From: Lachnospiraceae bacterium
GTDB taxonomy: Bacteria > Bacillota > Clostridia > Lachnospirales > Lachnospiraceae
NCBI GenBank assembly: GCA_045593085.1
Contig: JAZNWA010000027.1
Coordinates: forward strand, 273-64,272
Reading direction: 5' to 3'
DNA length: 64,000 nucleotides
Numbering within the stretch: the first letter of the stretch is position 1; each line of letters begins with the position of its first letter. Positions 27,199 through 37,107 of the stretch are shown here, piece after piece. Under the pieces are notes generated by a model, which was not told where the DNA came from, ran no database searches, and saw nothing but the letters and a program-made list of their open reading frames with translations. The position numbers were made by a program, and so were the translations under genes.

Positions 27199-28776
27199 AT
27201 GAAAAAGATACTTATTACTGTGGCATTATTAATGCTCGCATCAACATTATTTGGGTGTAAAAAAGATAAAAACTATGAATTAAATGTAGAGTACACAAAA
27301 GGGCCGGTTTCCTTTAAAGAAGTTTATGGAATCGGCAGATACAACAACTCCAAAGATTTGGGGACGATTGCTAATGCAGAGCATATTACATACTATTTTG
27401 CATCTGAATTGACCGATGCACAGATAGAAGAATACGTAAAAGAGACGAATCAGCTAATCCATCAGATGGAAGAGGAATTGGAAATAAAGGGGAAGAAATA
27501 CGACATTTATGTATGTAATGTTGACTACGTAACAACAGTAGATGAAAAAACGCTATATACAACATATTCCGACTTTGGAACCGTAGAACATGTTCGAGGA
27601 ATCGCACAATTACTTTGCGGAAACGAAGTGAATTATGGTTTGCTGTATGGGTATGCAGCCTCTTTTGCAAAAGAATATGATTTTAATATAAAAACAGACG
27701 GGTTGGCGGAGGCACTTAAACTTCGCGAAACCAATCCTGAGTACCTGGATATGAATTATGCCTGCTTTAATGAGCACTATGCGGAGCCGGAAAATATTGA
27801 AAAATTACAGGTCATCGCCGCAAATTATTATGCATATTTACAGGCGAATAAGAAGACAGAAATTGTAAAAGACTTTTCGGATGAGAAGCATAGGGAATAC
27901 TTCAATCAGTTCCTGGCAGCCAATGGCAAGGAGGCATATGACAACTCCGATATGGAGGGAATCGCCATCTACGCCGGAGGAAACGGTGCGGAACTTATTT
28001 GGAAAGACAATGTGGGCTTGTATTATTTAGAAGAGGGATTTGAACCGAATTATTTACATGGTTATTTTGAAGAAGACCCGTTTAATAGTGGGTATGAAAA
28101 TTTTCGTAAGTTAATACTGGATTATCAGGTGCAGCGACAATTTTTGAAGGACGAATTTGCAGAGTATAATGTTAATATTGAACCGGTAAAAATAATCTTC
28201 ACAAAGGGTGGTAATTATGCTATAGGGGGCTCCGGGAAGGCTGATACATATGATGATACCATTTTGGTGCATACGCCAATGAATGTTCAACAGCACTATG
28301 TCAATAAAATGCTTTTCCAAGAGGGAAAAAGTGCGGGTTGGGTATTGAGCGCGGTACGAACATATTATGTATACTATCCGGGGGCTGAGGATGCCAACTT
28401 TTTTGTGAAATGGTTTCAGGAGTCCGTACAAGAAGTGAGAGAAAATCCGGAAGTTGATATAGTAGAGTATGAATTGATAACACAAATAGAAGAACAGCTT
28501 GGACATCCGTTAGATCTTTCCGTGCGTAATGATTGTATTTATTACTATGGAGCCTTGGCGGTACAGGGAGGATTAGCATACATGCCAATTAACGGAGAAG
28601 CTTCTTTTGAACAGGTTTCTTTCGTGAGTTACCTGATGTTTCTTGTGGGAGAAGAAAATGCAATATCTGCAATCTTAAAAGACGATGCAGAAGATACCTT
28701 TGGAAAAAGTTGGGAAGAATTGCAAGATGATTGGCTGAATTATATCGAAACCACTTTTTCGTGGATGATAGAATAA
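27199..28776 (+). CDS. Hypothetical lipoprotein
   Basis: MKKILITVALLMLASTLFGC lipobox; acidic 525-aa body; no family recognised. Confidence 0.75.
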   Translation: MKKILITVALLMLASTLFGCKKDKNYELNVEYTKGPVSFKEVYGIGRYNNSKDLGTIANAEHITYYFASELTDAQIEEYVKETNQLIHQMEEELEIKGKKYDIYVCNVDYVTTVDEKTLYTTYSDFGTVEHVRGIAQLLCGNEVNYGLLYGYAASFAKEYDFNIKTDGLAEALKLRETNPEYLDMNYACFNEHYAEPENIEKLQVIAANYYAYLQANKKTEIVKDFSDEKHREYFNQFLAANGKEAYDNSDMEGIAIYAGGNGAELIWKDNVGLYYLEEGFEPNYLHGYFEEDPFNSGYENFRKLILDYQVQRQFLKDEFAEYNVNIEPVKIIFTKGGNYAIGGSGKADTYDDTILVHTPMNVQQHYVNKMLFQEGKSAGWVLSAVRTYYVYYPGAEDANFFVKWFQESVQEVRENPEVDIVEYELITQIEEQLGHPLDLSVRNDCIYYYGALAVQGGLAYMPINGEASFEQVSFVSYLMFLVGEENAISAILKDDAEDTFGKSWEELQDDWLNYIETTFSWMIE

Positions 28777-28812
28777 GAGCAGAATAAGAACGAAATAAAA
28801 AGAAAAAGCAAA

Positions 28813-28859
28813 AACTGCCTTTCGTTTGGACTTGATGAAAGTTAAAACGTCAGGCAGTT
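28813..28859. terminator. Hairpin / bidirectional terminator between convergent genes
   Basis: AACTGCCT...AGGCAGTT outer stem with inner CGTTT/AAACG and ACTT/AAGT pairs. Confidence 0.55.
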
Positions 28860-28913
28860 ATTTGTTTTGTGAAAAATAAGCAAATAAATCATAACCATAA
28901 TTAAGAAACGATA

Positions 28914-30017
28914 TTACTTGGCAGGGACAGATTCCGCATCCGCCAGGGTTTTTCGCAACTGTCTTCGAACGCGATTAATATGTCGTTCAAAATCACCGTT
29001 ATTGATGAGCTCTGCCAGTACGTATTGCATAAAAGTCGGAACGGTACAGGAGTAAAAGCCCAGTTTATCTTCAAAAAATCCGATGAGAGATTTTGGAAGA
29101 ACCATGTATGCGATTCGTAAGGAAGGCGAAATGGTTTGGGAAAATGAGTTCAAATAAATAACATTTTCCGGAGAGAGTGAAAAAAGTGTTTCCGCAGGTT
29201 TGGTGGAAACGGAAAACTCGGACTCAAAATCATCTTCGATGATATAGCGGTTATTTTGAGAGGCCCAACGGATATACTCGTGGCGCTTGGAAGCGGATGC
29301 GGTAACGCCGCTGGGATAACTGCGGAAAGGCGTTGTATGCAAAATATCGGCTTTTGTTTTTTCTAAAGCGTTGCTGTCTATGCCGGTGTTAACTAAAGGA
29401 AGTGATTCAAAAGTAACATCCGCTGACTCGTACACTTGTTGGATTTTTTTGTACGAAGGCGATTCGATGGCATAAATATGTTGTCTTCCGAACAATTCTA
29501 CAATTAAAGTATATAGGTATTCTGAACCGGAGCCGATAACAATCTGGTTGCTGTCCACCTGAATGCCGCGGTTTCTTGCAAGATACTGACGTATGGCCAA
29601 TATCAGATGCTGACATCCCGAATTTGGTGAGCGCTCAAAAAGAGAGTCGCCATTTTCTGCCAGGACCTTGCGCATCGTTCTGCTAAGTACCGAAAGAGGA
29701 AAGTCAAGATGGTTATGTGTAGAGGAACTCAAAGGTAAAGCGTGGGCAATAGGAGTAGCCACGGAGGCAAACCCATCACTGTTTTGAAAAACAACAATGT
29801 AGCCAACGCGCTCTTTGGATTCGACGTATCCCTCGTCACAAAGGAGAGCATAAGCGTGCTCAATGGTAATGACACTAACGCCTGTTTCTTCTGCAAGATG
29901 ACGCTTGGAAGGGAGTTTTGCGCCAAAAGGATAATTCCCGGCAACGATATCATCCCTGATTTGTGTGTAAATTTGTAGGTAAACGGGTCTTTGTTCCGGA
30001 TTGATTACATACTTCAT
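28914..30017 (-). CDS. MocR/PdxR-type GntR regulator with PLP-aminotransferase domain (short form)
   Basis: N-terminal GntR HTH (KLPSKRHLA, VSVITIEHAY..L.DEGY); IIEDDFESEF and SFSQTISPSLRIAYM motifs. Confidence 0.88.
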   Translation of the reverse strand: MKYVINPEQRPVYLQIYTQIRDDIVAGNYPFGAKLPSKRHLAEETGVSVITIEHAYALLCDEGYVESKERVGYIVVFQNSDGFASVATPIAHALPLSSSTHNHLDFPLSVLSRTMRKVLAENGDSLFERSPNSGCQHLILAIRQYLARNRGIQVDSNQIVIGSGSEYLYTLIVELFGRQHIYAIESPSYKKIQQVYESADVTFESLPLVNTGIDSNALEKTKADILHTTPFRSYPSGVTASASKRHEYIRWASQNNRYIIEDDFESEFSVSTKPAETLFSLSPENVIYLNSFSQTISPSLRIAYMVLPKSLIGFFEDKLGFYSCTVPTFMQYVLAELINNGDFERHINRVRRQLRKTLADAESVPAK

Positions 30018-30108
30018 CTGGTTATATAAAATTCTCCTTAATTGGTAGTTGTTGTATGTTCAGAATAATCATATACTTTTTTTATGCGAAAGTAAAGGAG
30101 AAAAAATT

Positions 30109-30612
30109 ATGCAAAAGAGAACGAAAAAAGTGGTTATGGGGGCATTGTTTGCGGCGCTTGTCTGTGTGGCAACAATGATTATCAAAATTCCGTCACCATT
30201 GAAAGGATATATGAATTTAGGAGACTGTGTTGTGCTGATTGCAGGCTGGATGCTTTCGCCAATGTATGGTTTTTTTGCGGCAGGCATTGGCTCGGCCTTG
30301 GCAGATGTTTTTTCGGGTTACGTTTTTTATGCACCTGTAACTTTTCTAGTGAAAGGTTTGATGGCTTTGGTAGCATATGGCTTATACATGGTGTTGCATA
30401 AAGGATTAAAAAATCTGCCGTCCAGGATTATCAGCGGATTCGTGGCTGAAGTGTTTATGGTGGGAGGATATTACTTGTTTGAGGGCTTCTTATATGGATT
30501 TGTACCGGCATTGGTAAACATTCCGACCAATGCAGTTCAAGGGATTGCAGGTCTCATCCTTGGGGTGGCACTGATGAAGGTCTTTGAAAAGAGCAAGATC
30601 GGTTTCGAATAA
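30109..30612 (+). CDS. ECF transporter S component (probably vitamin B6-related)
   Basis: GYMNLGD, GIGSALAD, TFLVKG, NAVQG; divergent from a PdxR-like regulator. Substrate is inferred. Confidence 0.85.
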   Translation: MQKRTKKVVMGALFAALVCVATMIIKIPSPLKGYMNLGDCVVLIAGWMLSPMYGFFAAGIGSALADVFSGYVFYAPVTFLVKGLMALVAYGLYMVLHKGLKNLPSRIISGFVAEVFMVGGYYLFEGFLYGFVPALVNIPTNAVQGIAGLILGVALMKVFEKSKIGFE

Positions 30613-30784
30613 GGGGAGTTTCGTGAGGACAGCCAATTTAAGAAAACGGATAACCTGAAAGAATGGATAATTCAGGAGAATAGCTGATAAAAATAAAATT
30701 TATGAAATAGAGGAAAATAAAAAGGCCGAAAAGCATAGGTTTATAAAAACCAGTGTTTTTCGGCTGTTTTTTGCAAAAAAATAA

Positions 30785-30857
30785 AGCTGCTAACGGGAAT
30801 CGGACCCGTGACCTCCGCACTACCAATGCGACGCTCTACCGACTGAGCCATAGCAGC
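30785..30857 (-). tRNA. tRNA-Thr(GGT)
   Basis: Reverse complement GCTGCTA...TCGCA-TTGGTAG-TGCGG...GGTCCGATTCCCGTTAGCAGCT. Confidence 0.93.
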
Positions 30858-30879
30858 TTGTTGATGATGTCAACGTGAA

Positions 30880-30908
30880 TAATATACTATAAACAAGGAT
30901 TATTGTCA
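30880..30908 (-). promoter_or_regulatory. Sigma-A promoter of tRNA-Thr
   Basis: Minus strand TTGACA-17 nt-TATATT. Confidence 0.7.
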
Positions 30909-31002
30909 AGAAAATTGTCTTTTTTTTATAAAATTAAAAAAAGGCTTTTCTTTCGGGGAAAACTCGGTTATATTCATTATAGGAGATTTTGTCGAAAGAT
31001 AG

Positions 31003-31866
31003 GTGAATGCGATGAAATATGTATTATTTAACCCACTTGCGAATAATAAAAAGGGAGAACTGGGCGCCAGAGCATTGGAGACGCAGATTCCAGCAGAGGA
31101 ATTAAGCTATGTTGATATCACTACTTTAGATAGTGTGCGTGAATTTGTTTCCGGTTTAAAAGAGTGCGATGATGTTATTCTGGCGGGAGGCGATGGAACG
31201 ATCAACCAGTTTGCTAATGAATTGAATAATATTGATGCGAAATGTGGTATCTATTTTTTCCCTTGTGGAAGCGGAAATGATTTCGTGCGTGACATCAAAG
31301 GACGTGCATCCACAGAAGTTGTTGATATTAGAGCATACATTCAGAATTTGCCGGTTGCACACATTAAAGGGAAAGAATATCATTTTTTAAACAATGTGGC
31401 TTTTGGCCTCGATGGATATTGTTGCGAAAAGGCAGATGAACATCGATTGAAATCGGATAAAAAAGTGAACTATACTGCGATTGCGTTAAAGGGTGTAGCT
31501 TATGACTATAAACCGAAAAAGGGCCGCATAATTGTGGATGGTGTGGTGAAGGAATATAAAAAAATCTGGATGGCACCAACGATGAAGGGCCGTTTTATGG
31601 GCGGCGGTATGCAGATTGCACCGATGCAGGACCGTAATAACCAAGACAAATCACTGACCTTGTGTGTGTTGCATGATTGTACCCGTTTACAGATTTTAAT
31701 TGTTTTCTTAAATGTATTTAAGGGGACTCATACCAAATTTACGAAGATGATAGATTTCATCACAGTGCATGATGAAGTGACTGTAGAGTATGAGACGAAT
31801 GATGCTGTTCAGATTGATGGGGAAACAATCAAAGATGTAAAAAGCTATACGGTAAAAGTTCAGTAA
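31003..31866 (+). CDS. Diacylglycerol kinase family (YegS/BmrU-like) lipid kinase
   Basis: LFNPLA, GGDGT, PCGSGNDF, QIDGE motifs. Confidence 0.88.
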   Translation: MNAMKYVLFNPLANNKKGELGARALETQIPAEELSYVDITTLDSVREFVSGLKECDDVILAGGDGTINQFANELNNIDAKCGIYFFPCGSGNDFVRDIKGRASTEVVDIRAYIQNLPVAHIKGKEYHFLNNVAFGLDGYCCEKADEHRLKSDKKVNYTAIALKGVAYDYKPKKGRIIVDGVVKEYKKIWMAPTMKGRFMGGGMQIAPMQDRNNQDKSLTLCVLHDCTRLQILIVFLNVFKGTHTKFTKMIDFITVHDEVTVEYETNDAVQIDGETIKDVKSYTVKVQ

Positions 31867-31929
31867 AAAAGTGCTTGCATTTTTTTTCTGAATCAGTTAT
31901 ACTTTTCAAGTACGCTAGTTGTACGAAAT

Positions 31930-32012
31930 GCCGGCGTGTCGGAATGGCAGACGAGGCAGACTCAAAATCTGTTGTTGGCAACAACGTGCGGGTTCAAGTC
32001 CCGCTGCCGGCA
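31930..32012 (+). tRNA. tRNA-Leu(CAA)
   Basis: GCCGGCG/TGCCGGC acceptor; GCAGA-CTCAAAA-TCTGT anticodon arm; long variable arm; GGTTCAAGTCC. Confidence 0.95.
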
Positions 32013-32014
32013 GT

Positions 32015-32045
32015 AACTCCCTTGAGAAATCAAGGGAGTTTTTTT
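32015..32045 (+). terminator. Terminator after tRNA-Leu
   Basis: AACTCCCTTGA-GAAA-TCAAGGGAGTT plus T-tract. Confidence 0.85.
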
Positions 32046-32102
32046 GTTGCGCGGTTACACAAAAAGAATGCGATAAGGGTTTTAAGAAAACCTCTATCGC
32101 AT

Positions 32103-32327
32103 TTATTTTTTTGGATATTCATTTTTTATATCACTTGCTCCAGTTATATAGTCCATAGATACATCATAGAATTTGGCAAGTTTCATAATATTATCTATTG
32201 GAATACGCGTTTTTCCACTTTCATAATCGGCATAGGTACGTTGTCCTATATTCAGTAAGTCAGCAATTTTTTGCTGCGTCAATTGACTATCTTCTCTTAT
32301 TTCTCGTATACGTTCATTGTAAATCAT
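32103..32327 (-). CDS. XRE-family HTH regulator
   Basis: RIREIRE..QLTQQKIADLLNIGQRTYADYESGKTRIP. Confidence 0.9.
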   Translation of the reverse strand: MIYNERIREIREDSQLTQQKIADLLNIGQRTYADYESGKTRIPIDNIMKLAKFYDVSMDYITGASDIKNEYPKK

Positions 32328-32413
32328 ACATGCACCTCTTAAAATAGTATAAATAAAGTTTATAGAAATATTGACTTTTAGAGTTATAAACTCTAAAATA
32401 TGATTAACAACAA

Positions 32414-32602
32414 ATGAGAAAGGAGATAAGAAGTATGGAGTTTATGGGGACTAAACAAGCTGCTGAAAAGTGGGGGTATTCACAAAGCATTATTTCTAAT
32501 TGGTGCAGGAATGGAAAAATCAAGAATGCTGAGCAAGATAAAAAAGGTAGCCCGTGGAGAATTCCTATAAATGCAGAGTGTCCTAGAAAAATTAAAAAAT
32601 AA
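32414..32602 (+). CDS. Small HTH DNA-binding protein (excisionase/HTH_17-like)
   Basis: MGTKQAAEKWGYSQSIISNWCRNGKI...WRIP; divergent from the XRE gene. Confidence 0.75.
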   Translation: MRKEIRSMEFMGTKQAAEKWGYSQSIISNWCRNGKIKNAEQDKKGSPWRIPINAECPRKIKK

Positions 32603-32621
32603 TTAAATATGAGGTGAAAAA

Positions 32622-33131
32622 ATGAAAAAAAGATTAACTAAACTATTATTAGTTTTTTTCTGTATGTGTTTTTGGTTATGTGGAGGATGTAATAATATAT
32701 CTAATAATGAGACTGATAACACTCCTATAGAGTTAACGGTTGATAATATTGAAGAGTATGTTATCATTGAGTTTACATTACGAGATTTTAATGAAAGCAA
32801 AACTCAAAGGTATAGCAATGCTTACTATTATCATTATGAGTATGATATTGAAGTTGTTGTGCGTCCACGACAGGGATATTATTTTGAGAACGTTGACCTT
32901 GAGATTGATTTTGAAACAATAGGAAAGGATTATGATACAAGCTCTTTCGGTTTTCAACGTAAGCCTGGACCATATGTAGTTAGTCTAGATTATAATGGAA
33001 ATGGTAGTTACGTGGGAATGCATTCTTATAATTATTCAGAAAGAAGGCATGACAGATCCTTCTTTTATGTTGAGGAATTCACTGTCAAGAGTGTTACTGG
33101 AAGTGTATACAAATCTAATCCAAATAATTGA
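32622..33131 (+). CDS. Hypothetical lipoprotein
   Basis: Signal peptide ending LCGGC; GAGGTG RBS; AT-rich. Confidence 0.7.
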   Translation: MKKRLTKLLLVFFCMCFWLCGGCNNISNNETDNTPIELTVDNIEEYVIIEFTLRDFNESKTQRYSNAYYYHYEYDIEVVVRPRQGYYFENVDLEIDFETIGKDYDTSSFGFQRKPGPYVVSLDYNGNGSYVGMHSYNYSERRHDRSFFYVEEFTVKSVTGSVYKSNPNN

Positions 33132-33498
33132 GAATCAGGGAAACCAGAATAAAGTCTTTACTAGAATATGTAGGAGAAAATGTTGTTGCGATAAATGTGA
33201 GATAAAAAATTCTTTCCTTCCTAGATATACAGGAAGGGGTCTTTTATTGTATATCTATATATAAAGCCACTTGCTATACGGGGCGTAGTGGTCTATTCTA
33301 TGCAGAAGGTGATGCACAGCCCTAAAATGAGCGAGTTAACAGAGGACTAGGAAATTGATATAACAGAATAAATGATTTTGGAAAAGAGATAAGAAAATAA
33401 GTAACTTCACATACAGTGGGATTAGATGTTGAGCTTGGTCACACGACAAGTAAAAAATCGAACAAATTCTTAAATAATTATAAATTCAACTAGATATG

Positions 33499-33527
33499 TT
33501 GACTTTCATTTTGTTCCTACATATACT
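33499..33527 (+). promoter_or_regulatory. Sigma-A promoter upstream of the candidate ncRNA and DUF3800 gene
   Basis: TTGACT-17 nt-TATACT. Confidence 0.75.
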
Positions 33528-33530
33528 GAG

Positions 33531-33672
33531 AATGAGCAAAGGCTCATTAAGTGCTTCACTACTTTGGAAGTGAACCTTAATTCAGACATTGCTTTGTACG
33601 AACAATGTTAATATTTGGGCTGACCGAAAGGTCCTGGTCCACCGTCGGGCGGGGATTTACCCCGCCATTTTT
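33531..33672 (+). ncRNA. Candidate structured RNA (DUF3800-associated RNA motif-like)
   Basis: Five consecutive hairpins: 33531-48, 33555-74, 33586-608, GACC-GAAA-GGTC 33622-33, and GGCGGGG/CCCCGCC 33648-66 followed by T-tract. Confidence 0.55.
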
Positions 33673-33694
33673 ATACAAAAGTATAGGGAGAGTT

Positions 33695-34372
33695 ATGAAA
33701 GAAAAAATATTGAGTATATTTGTGGATGAGTCCGGTGATTTTGGACAATATCATCCATTCTCGCCAAATTATTATGTGGTAATGGTTTTGCATAGACAGG
33801 CAGTTAATATATCAAAGAATATAAATGCTTTAGAAACACAAGTTGCTAATTGGGGATATCCGAAGCATGCCATACACACAGGACCTTTAATAAGACGTGA
33901 AGGTATATATAAAAATGATTTGCGAAAGAATCGAAAAGCGCTTTTTAATGCATTGTATCATTTTGTTCGATTGCTTGATATACATTATATTTGTCCGATG
34001 ATTAATCAAGGTGATTGCGAAGAGAAAACGAAACTTGCATACACAGACAAGCTTACGAAGGAGATTGCCAATCAGTTACAAGATAATTATGAATATTTCC
34101 ACGGATTTGATAAGATTATTGTGTATTACGATTATGGCCAGATAGAACTTGCAAAGATATTGATTTCTGTATTTAACACAAGATTTTCGAATGTGGAATT
34201 TAGGAAGATTGAAACTAATCAGTATAAATTATCTCAGGCGGCAGATTTGATTTGCACAGTTGAAGCAATTGCACATAAAACTGTTTTATCTAAATCAGAA
34301 ACGGAGTTTTTTCATTCCAAGAATGCTTTTGAAAAGAATATTTATAAGAATATTGGTAAGAAGAAATTTTAG
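33695..34372 (+). CDS. DUF3800 family protein
   Basis: N-terminal SIFVDESGDFG and C-terminal SQAADLI motifs; start at ATG 33695 after GGGAG. Confidence 0.8.
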   Translation: MKEKILSIFVDESGDFGQYHPFSPNYYVVMVLHRQAVNISKNINALETQVANWGYPKHAIHTGPLIRREGIYKNDLRKNRKALFNALYHFVRLLDIHYICPMINQGDCEEKTKLAYTDKLTKEIANQLQDNYEYFHGFDKIIVYYDYGQIELAKILISVFNTRFSNVEFRKIETNQYKLSQAADLICTVEAIAHKTVLSKSETEFFHSKNAFEKNIYKNIGKKKF

Positions 34373-34458
34373 TCCATCCCTCACTACTTTCCGCGCTAAT
34401 CATAGAGATAAAATCTGCATATAGATTAAAAGAATACCACAGAAAGCGAATACAATAT

Positions 34459-35901
34459 ATGAAACAAAAATTATTAAAGCTAATACCAACCCTATGGATT
34501 CCAATGGTTTTTGTCGTGATGACGTTCTATATGGATAATGCATACTTTAATTTATTAGGTTCAAAAGCATATATTTTCTATTGGATGGCAATTCTCTATG
34601 CGATTTTTATGCTGTTTTGGGAAAGGTCACGCCTTGATGGGAATTATGGAAATGATTCTTCCGGCAGAAATAAAAAAATCACGTTGCTTGATGGTGCAGT
34701 AATTGCTTTTACGTTGGTAGCTTTGGTATCTACGCTTTTTAGCAATTACAAGGCAGATGCACTATGGGGCCACTACGGCTGGGCGGTCGGAAGCCTGTAT
34801 CTTTTGGCTAATGCAGCGATATATTTCTGGACTTCCCGTCGTATGAGGTGGAAAGCCTGGATGCACACGGTGATTACGATATCTGCATCGATTGTTTTTT
34901 TGTGGGCATTAACGGATGAATGTTATTTGGATATCTTTAAAATGCATGACCCAATCGAAGCGGAAACAGCATACAATTATTTGGCGTCTATCGGAAATAA
35001 CAACTGGTTTTCCGGTTATTGGGCGTTAGTAGTGCCATTTTTTCTGTTTGGAATTAAAAAAGGATCATTTCGGAAAAATGTACTGCTTTTGGCAGGCCTG
35101 TTTTTGAGTGTTTTTGTCGGTGTAAGTTCCAGAGCGGACAGTATTTATCTTGGCTTCGGTGTTATTCTTGCAATAAGTTTACTGCGGGCAATCGGATGCG
35201 GACAACAGAGTCTATACACCGGTATTTCCTGGATGGTGATGGGGCTTGCCATGTTGAGCGCAAAAGGCGTAAGAAGAATTATCCCAATGATTGAACTGGA
35301 TGAGATTGCTTTAAAAATGATAGAAAGTAAAATGTGGCTTGTGCTTTTTGCGGTTGGAGTTTTACTTGTGGCTTTCCCGAAGGTAAAGGCCGCGCGATAT
35401 GTAAAATTAGCCTTGATAGTTCTTGGAATTTGCGGTCTCGGAATAGGAATTTATACACAGGCAGGCCGTTTTGGAGACAATTGGGGAACCGGACGCGGGG
35501 CAACCTGGATCCTTGCTTGGAAGGCATTTGCAGAAGGCGGAATTATAGATAAAATATTCGGAATCGGTCCGGATTGTTTTGGGCATGCTTACAGAACTTT
35601 GACCGGAAGTTCTCTGTTCAGAAATGCACACAATGAGTACTTACAGTATCTGGTAACAATGGGTGTGACGGGCCTGATTTCTTATATGGCTATTTATGTT
35701 GGCGCACTTTTGCAGACTTTTGGAAAGAAGGCAGAAGAACATCCGGTAAAAATCATGTGCATTACATCGGTCTTGGCCTATGCAGCACAAGCGGTAGTGA
35801 ACAATCCGCAGGCTTTAAATGGGGCAATCTTCTTTACGGTGCTTGCAATCTTAAGGGGAGTTGATTATACTAATGATAATGAGTGTGCTTTACAAAAATA
35901 A
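34459..35901 (+). CDS. O-antigen ligase (Wzy_C) family membrane protein
   Basis: Multi-TM; SIGNNNWF, WGTGRG.TW, FGIGPDCF, NAHNEYLQYLVTMG. Confidence 0.85.
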   Translation: MKQKLLKLIPTLWIPMVFVVMTFYMDNAYFNLLGSKAYIFYWMAILYAIFMLFWERSRLDGNYGNDSSGRNKKITLLDGAVIAFTLVALVSTLFSNYKADALWGHYGWAVGSLYLLANAAIYFWTSRRMRWKAWMHTVITISASIVFLWALTDECYLDIFKMHDPIEAETAYNYLASIGNNNWFSGYWALVVPFFLFGIKKGSFRKNVLLLAGLFLSVFVGVSSRADSIYLGFGVILAISLLRAIGCGQQSLYTGISWMVMGLAMLSAKGVRRIIPMIELDEIALKMIESKMWLVLFAVGVLLVAFPKVKAARYVKLALIVLGICGLGIGIYTQAGRFGDNWGTGRGATWILAWKAFAEGGIIDKIFGIGPDCFGHAYRTLTGSSLFRNAHNEYLQYLVTMGVTGLISYMAIYVGALLQTFGKKAEEHPVKIMCITSVLAYAAQAVVNNPQALNGAIFFTVLAILRGVDYTNDNECALQK

Positions 35902-35951
35902 TAGCAAAGCAGGCAGGCATTTTAACAAATAACATAATGGAGGAAGAAACA

Positions 35952-36986
35952 ATGGCAAAGAATTATGGAGATTTTATCTTAAAGAAAGCTGTGGAAGTAT
36001 TGGCAGTAGACAGCCCAACCGGTTATACTCATCATGGTGCAGCTTGGGTAATGAACGCTTTTAAAGAATTGGGATATGAACCACAGATGACAGTTAAGGG
36101 CGGTGTCATTGTTGATTTGGGCGGAAAAAACAAGGACAACGGTATTCTTTTAGAAGCGCATCTTGATACCCTTGGCGGTATGGTTGCAGAGGTAAAAGGA
36201 AACGGAAGACTTCGTATCGTAAATCTTGGTGGTATGAACGCGAACAATGCGGAAGCAGAAAACGTACGCGTTGTTACCAAGGCTGACGGAATTTATGAAG
36301 GAACCTTGCAGTTGGTAGATGCGTCTGTTCATGTAAACGGCGATTACAGCGATACCAAACGTGCTTGGGATAAGATGGAAGTTGTTTTGGATGAATTAGT
36401 AAAAACAAAGGAAGATGTAACCAAACTTGGTATCCAAGTTGGTGATATCGTTTGTTTTGACCCAAGAACAAAGGTTACAAAGAGCGGATTTATTAAGAGC
36501 CGTTTCTTAGATGATAAATTGAGCGTAGCGATTTTACTTGGTTATGCAAAATATTTGAAAGACGAAAAAGTTACTCCGGAACGCAGAGTGTATGTTCATG
36601 TGACCGTATACGAAGAAGTTGGTCACGGCGGATGCTCATCCGTGCCGGAAGGAGTAACAGAAGCGATTTCCGTTGATATGGGATGTGTTGGTAACGGATT
36701 AAACTGCGATGAAACACAGGTTTCTATCTGTGCAAAAGACTCCGGCGGTCCTTACAGCTATGATGTTGTTAGCGGACTAATCGAGGCTGCTAAGAAGATG
36801 AAAGCAGATTACGCAGTTGATATTTATCCATATTACGGTTCTGACGTAGAAGCAACTTTAAGAGCCGGACATGACATTAAACATGGCCTTATCGGTGCCG
36901 GTGTATATGCTTCCCATGGATATGAAAGAAGCCATAAAAAAGGTGCAGTAAATACATTAAAATTGTTACAGGGATATATTGGATAA
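35952..36986 (+). CDS. M42 family metallopeptidase
   Basis: AHLDTLG, SRFLDDK, YEEVGHG, SVDMG, YASHGYER. Confidence 0.9.
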   Translation: MAKNYGDFILKKAVEVLAVDSPTGYTHHGAAWVMNAFKELGYEPQMTVKGGVIVDLGGKNKDNGILLEAHLDTLGGMVAEVKGNGRLRIVNLGGMNANNAEAENVRVVTKADGIYEGTLQLVDASVHVNGDYSDTKRAWDKMEVVLDELVKTKEDVTKLGIQVGDIVCFDPRTKVTKSGFIKSRFLDDKLSVAILLGYAKYLKDEKVTPERRVYVHVTVYEEVGHGGCSSVPEGVTEAISVDMGCVGNGLNCDETQVSICAKDSGGPYSYDVVSGLIEAAKKMKADYAVDIYPYYGSDVEATLRAGHDIKHGLIGAGVYASHGYERSHKKGAVNTLKLLQGYIG

Positions 36987-37004
36987 TATTGGTGAAAATA
37001 AAAG

Positions 37005-37045
37005 TAGGAGTGCTTGCCAAAAAGGGTAAGTACTCCTTATTTTTT
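37005..37045 (+). terminator. Terminator after the M42 peptidase
   Basis: GGAGTGCTTGCC / GGTAAGTACTCC stem plus T-tract. Confidence 0.75.
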
Positions 37046-37107
37046 ATCTTTTCATTGCTCCAAAAGTGGTGTAAAATGATTCTATGAGAACAAAACGAGG
37101 TGAAACC

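Noticed and set aside
32012-34460. Intact prophage/ICE integrated at tRNA-Leu
   Set aside because: No integrase, and no attR duplication of the tRNA 3' end found downstream.
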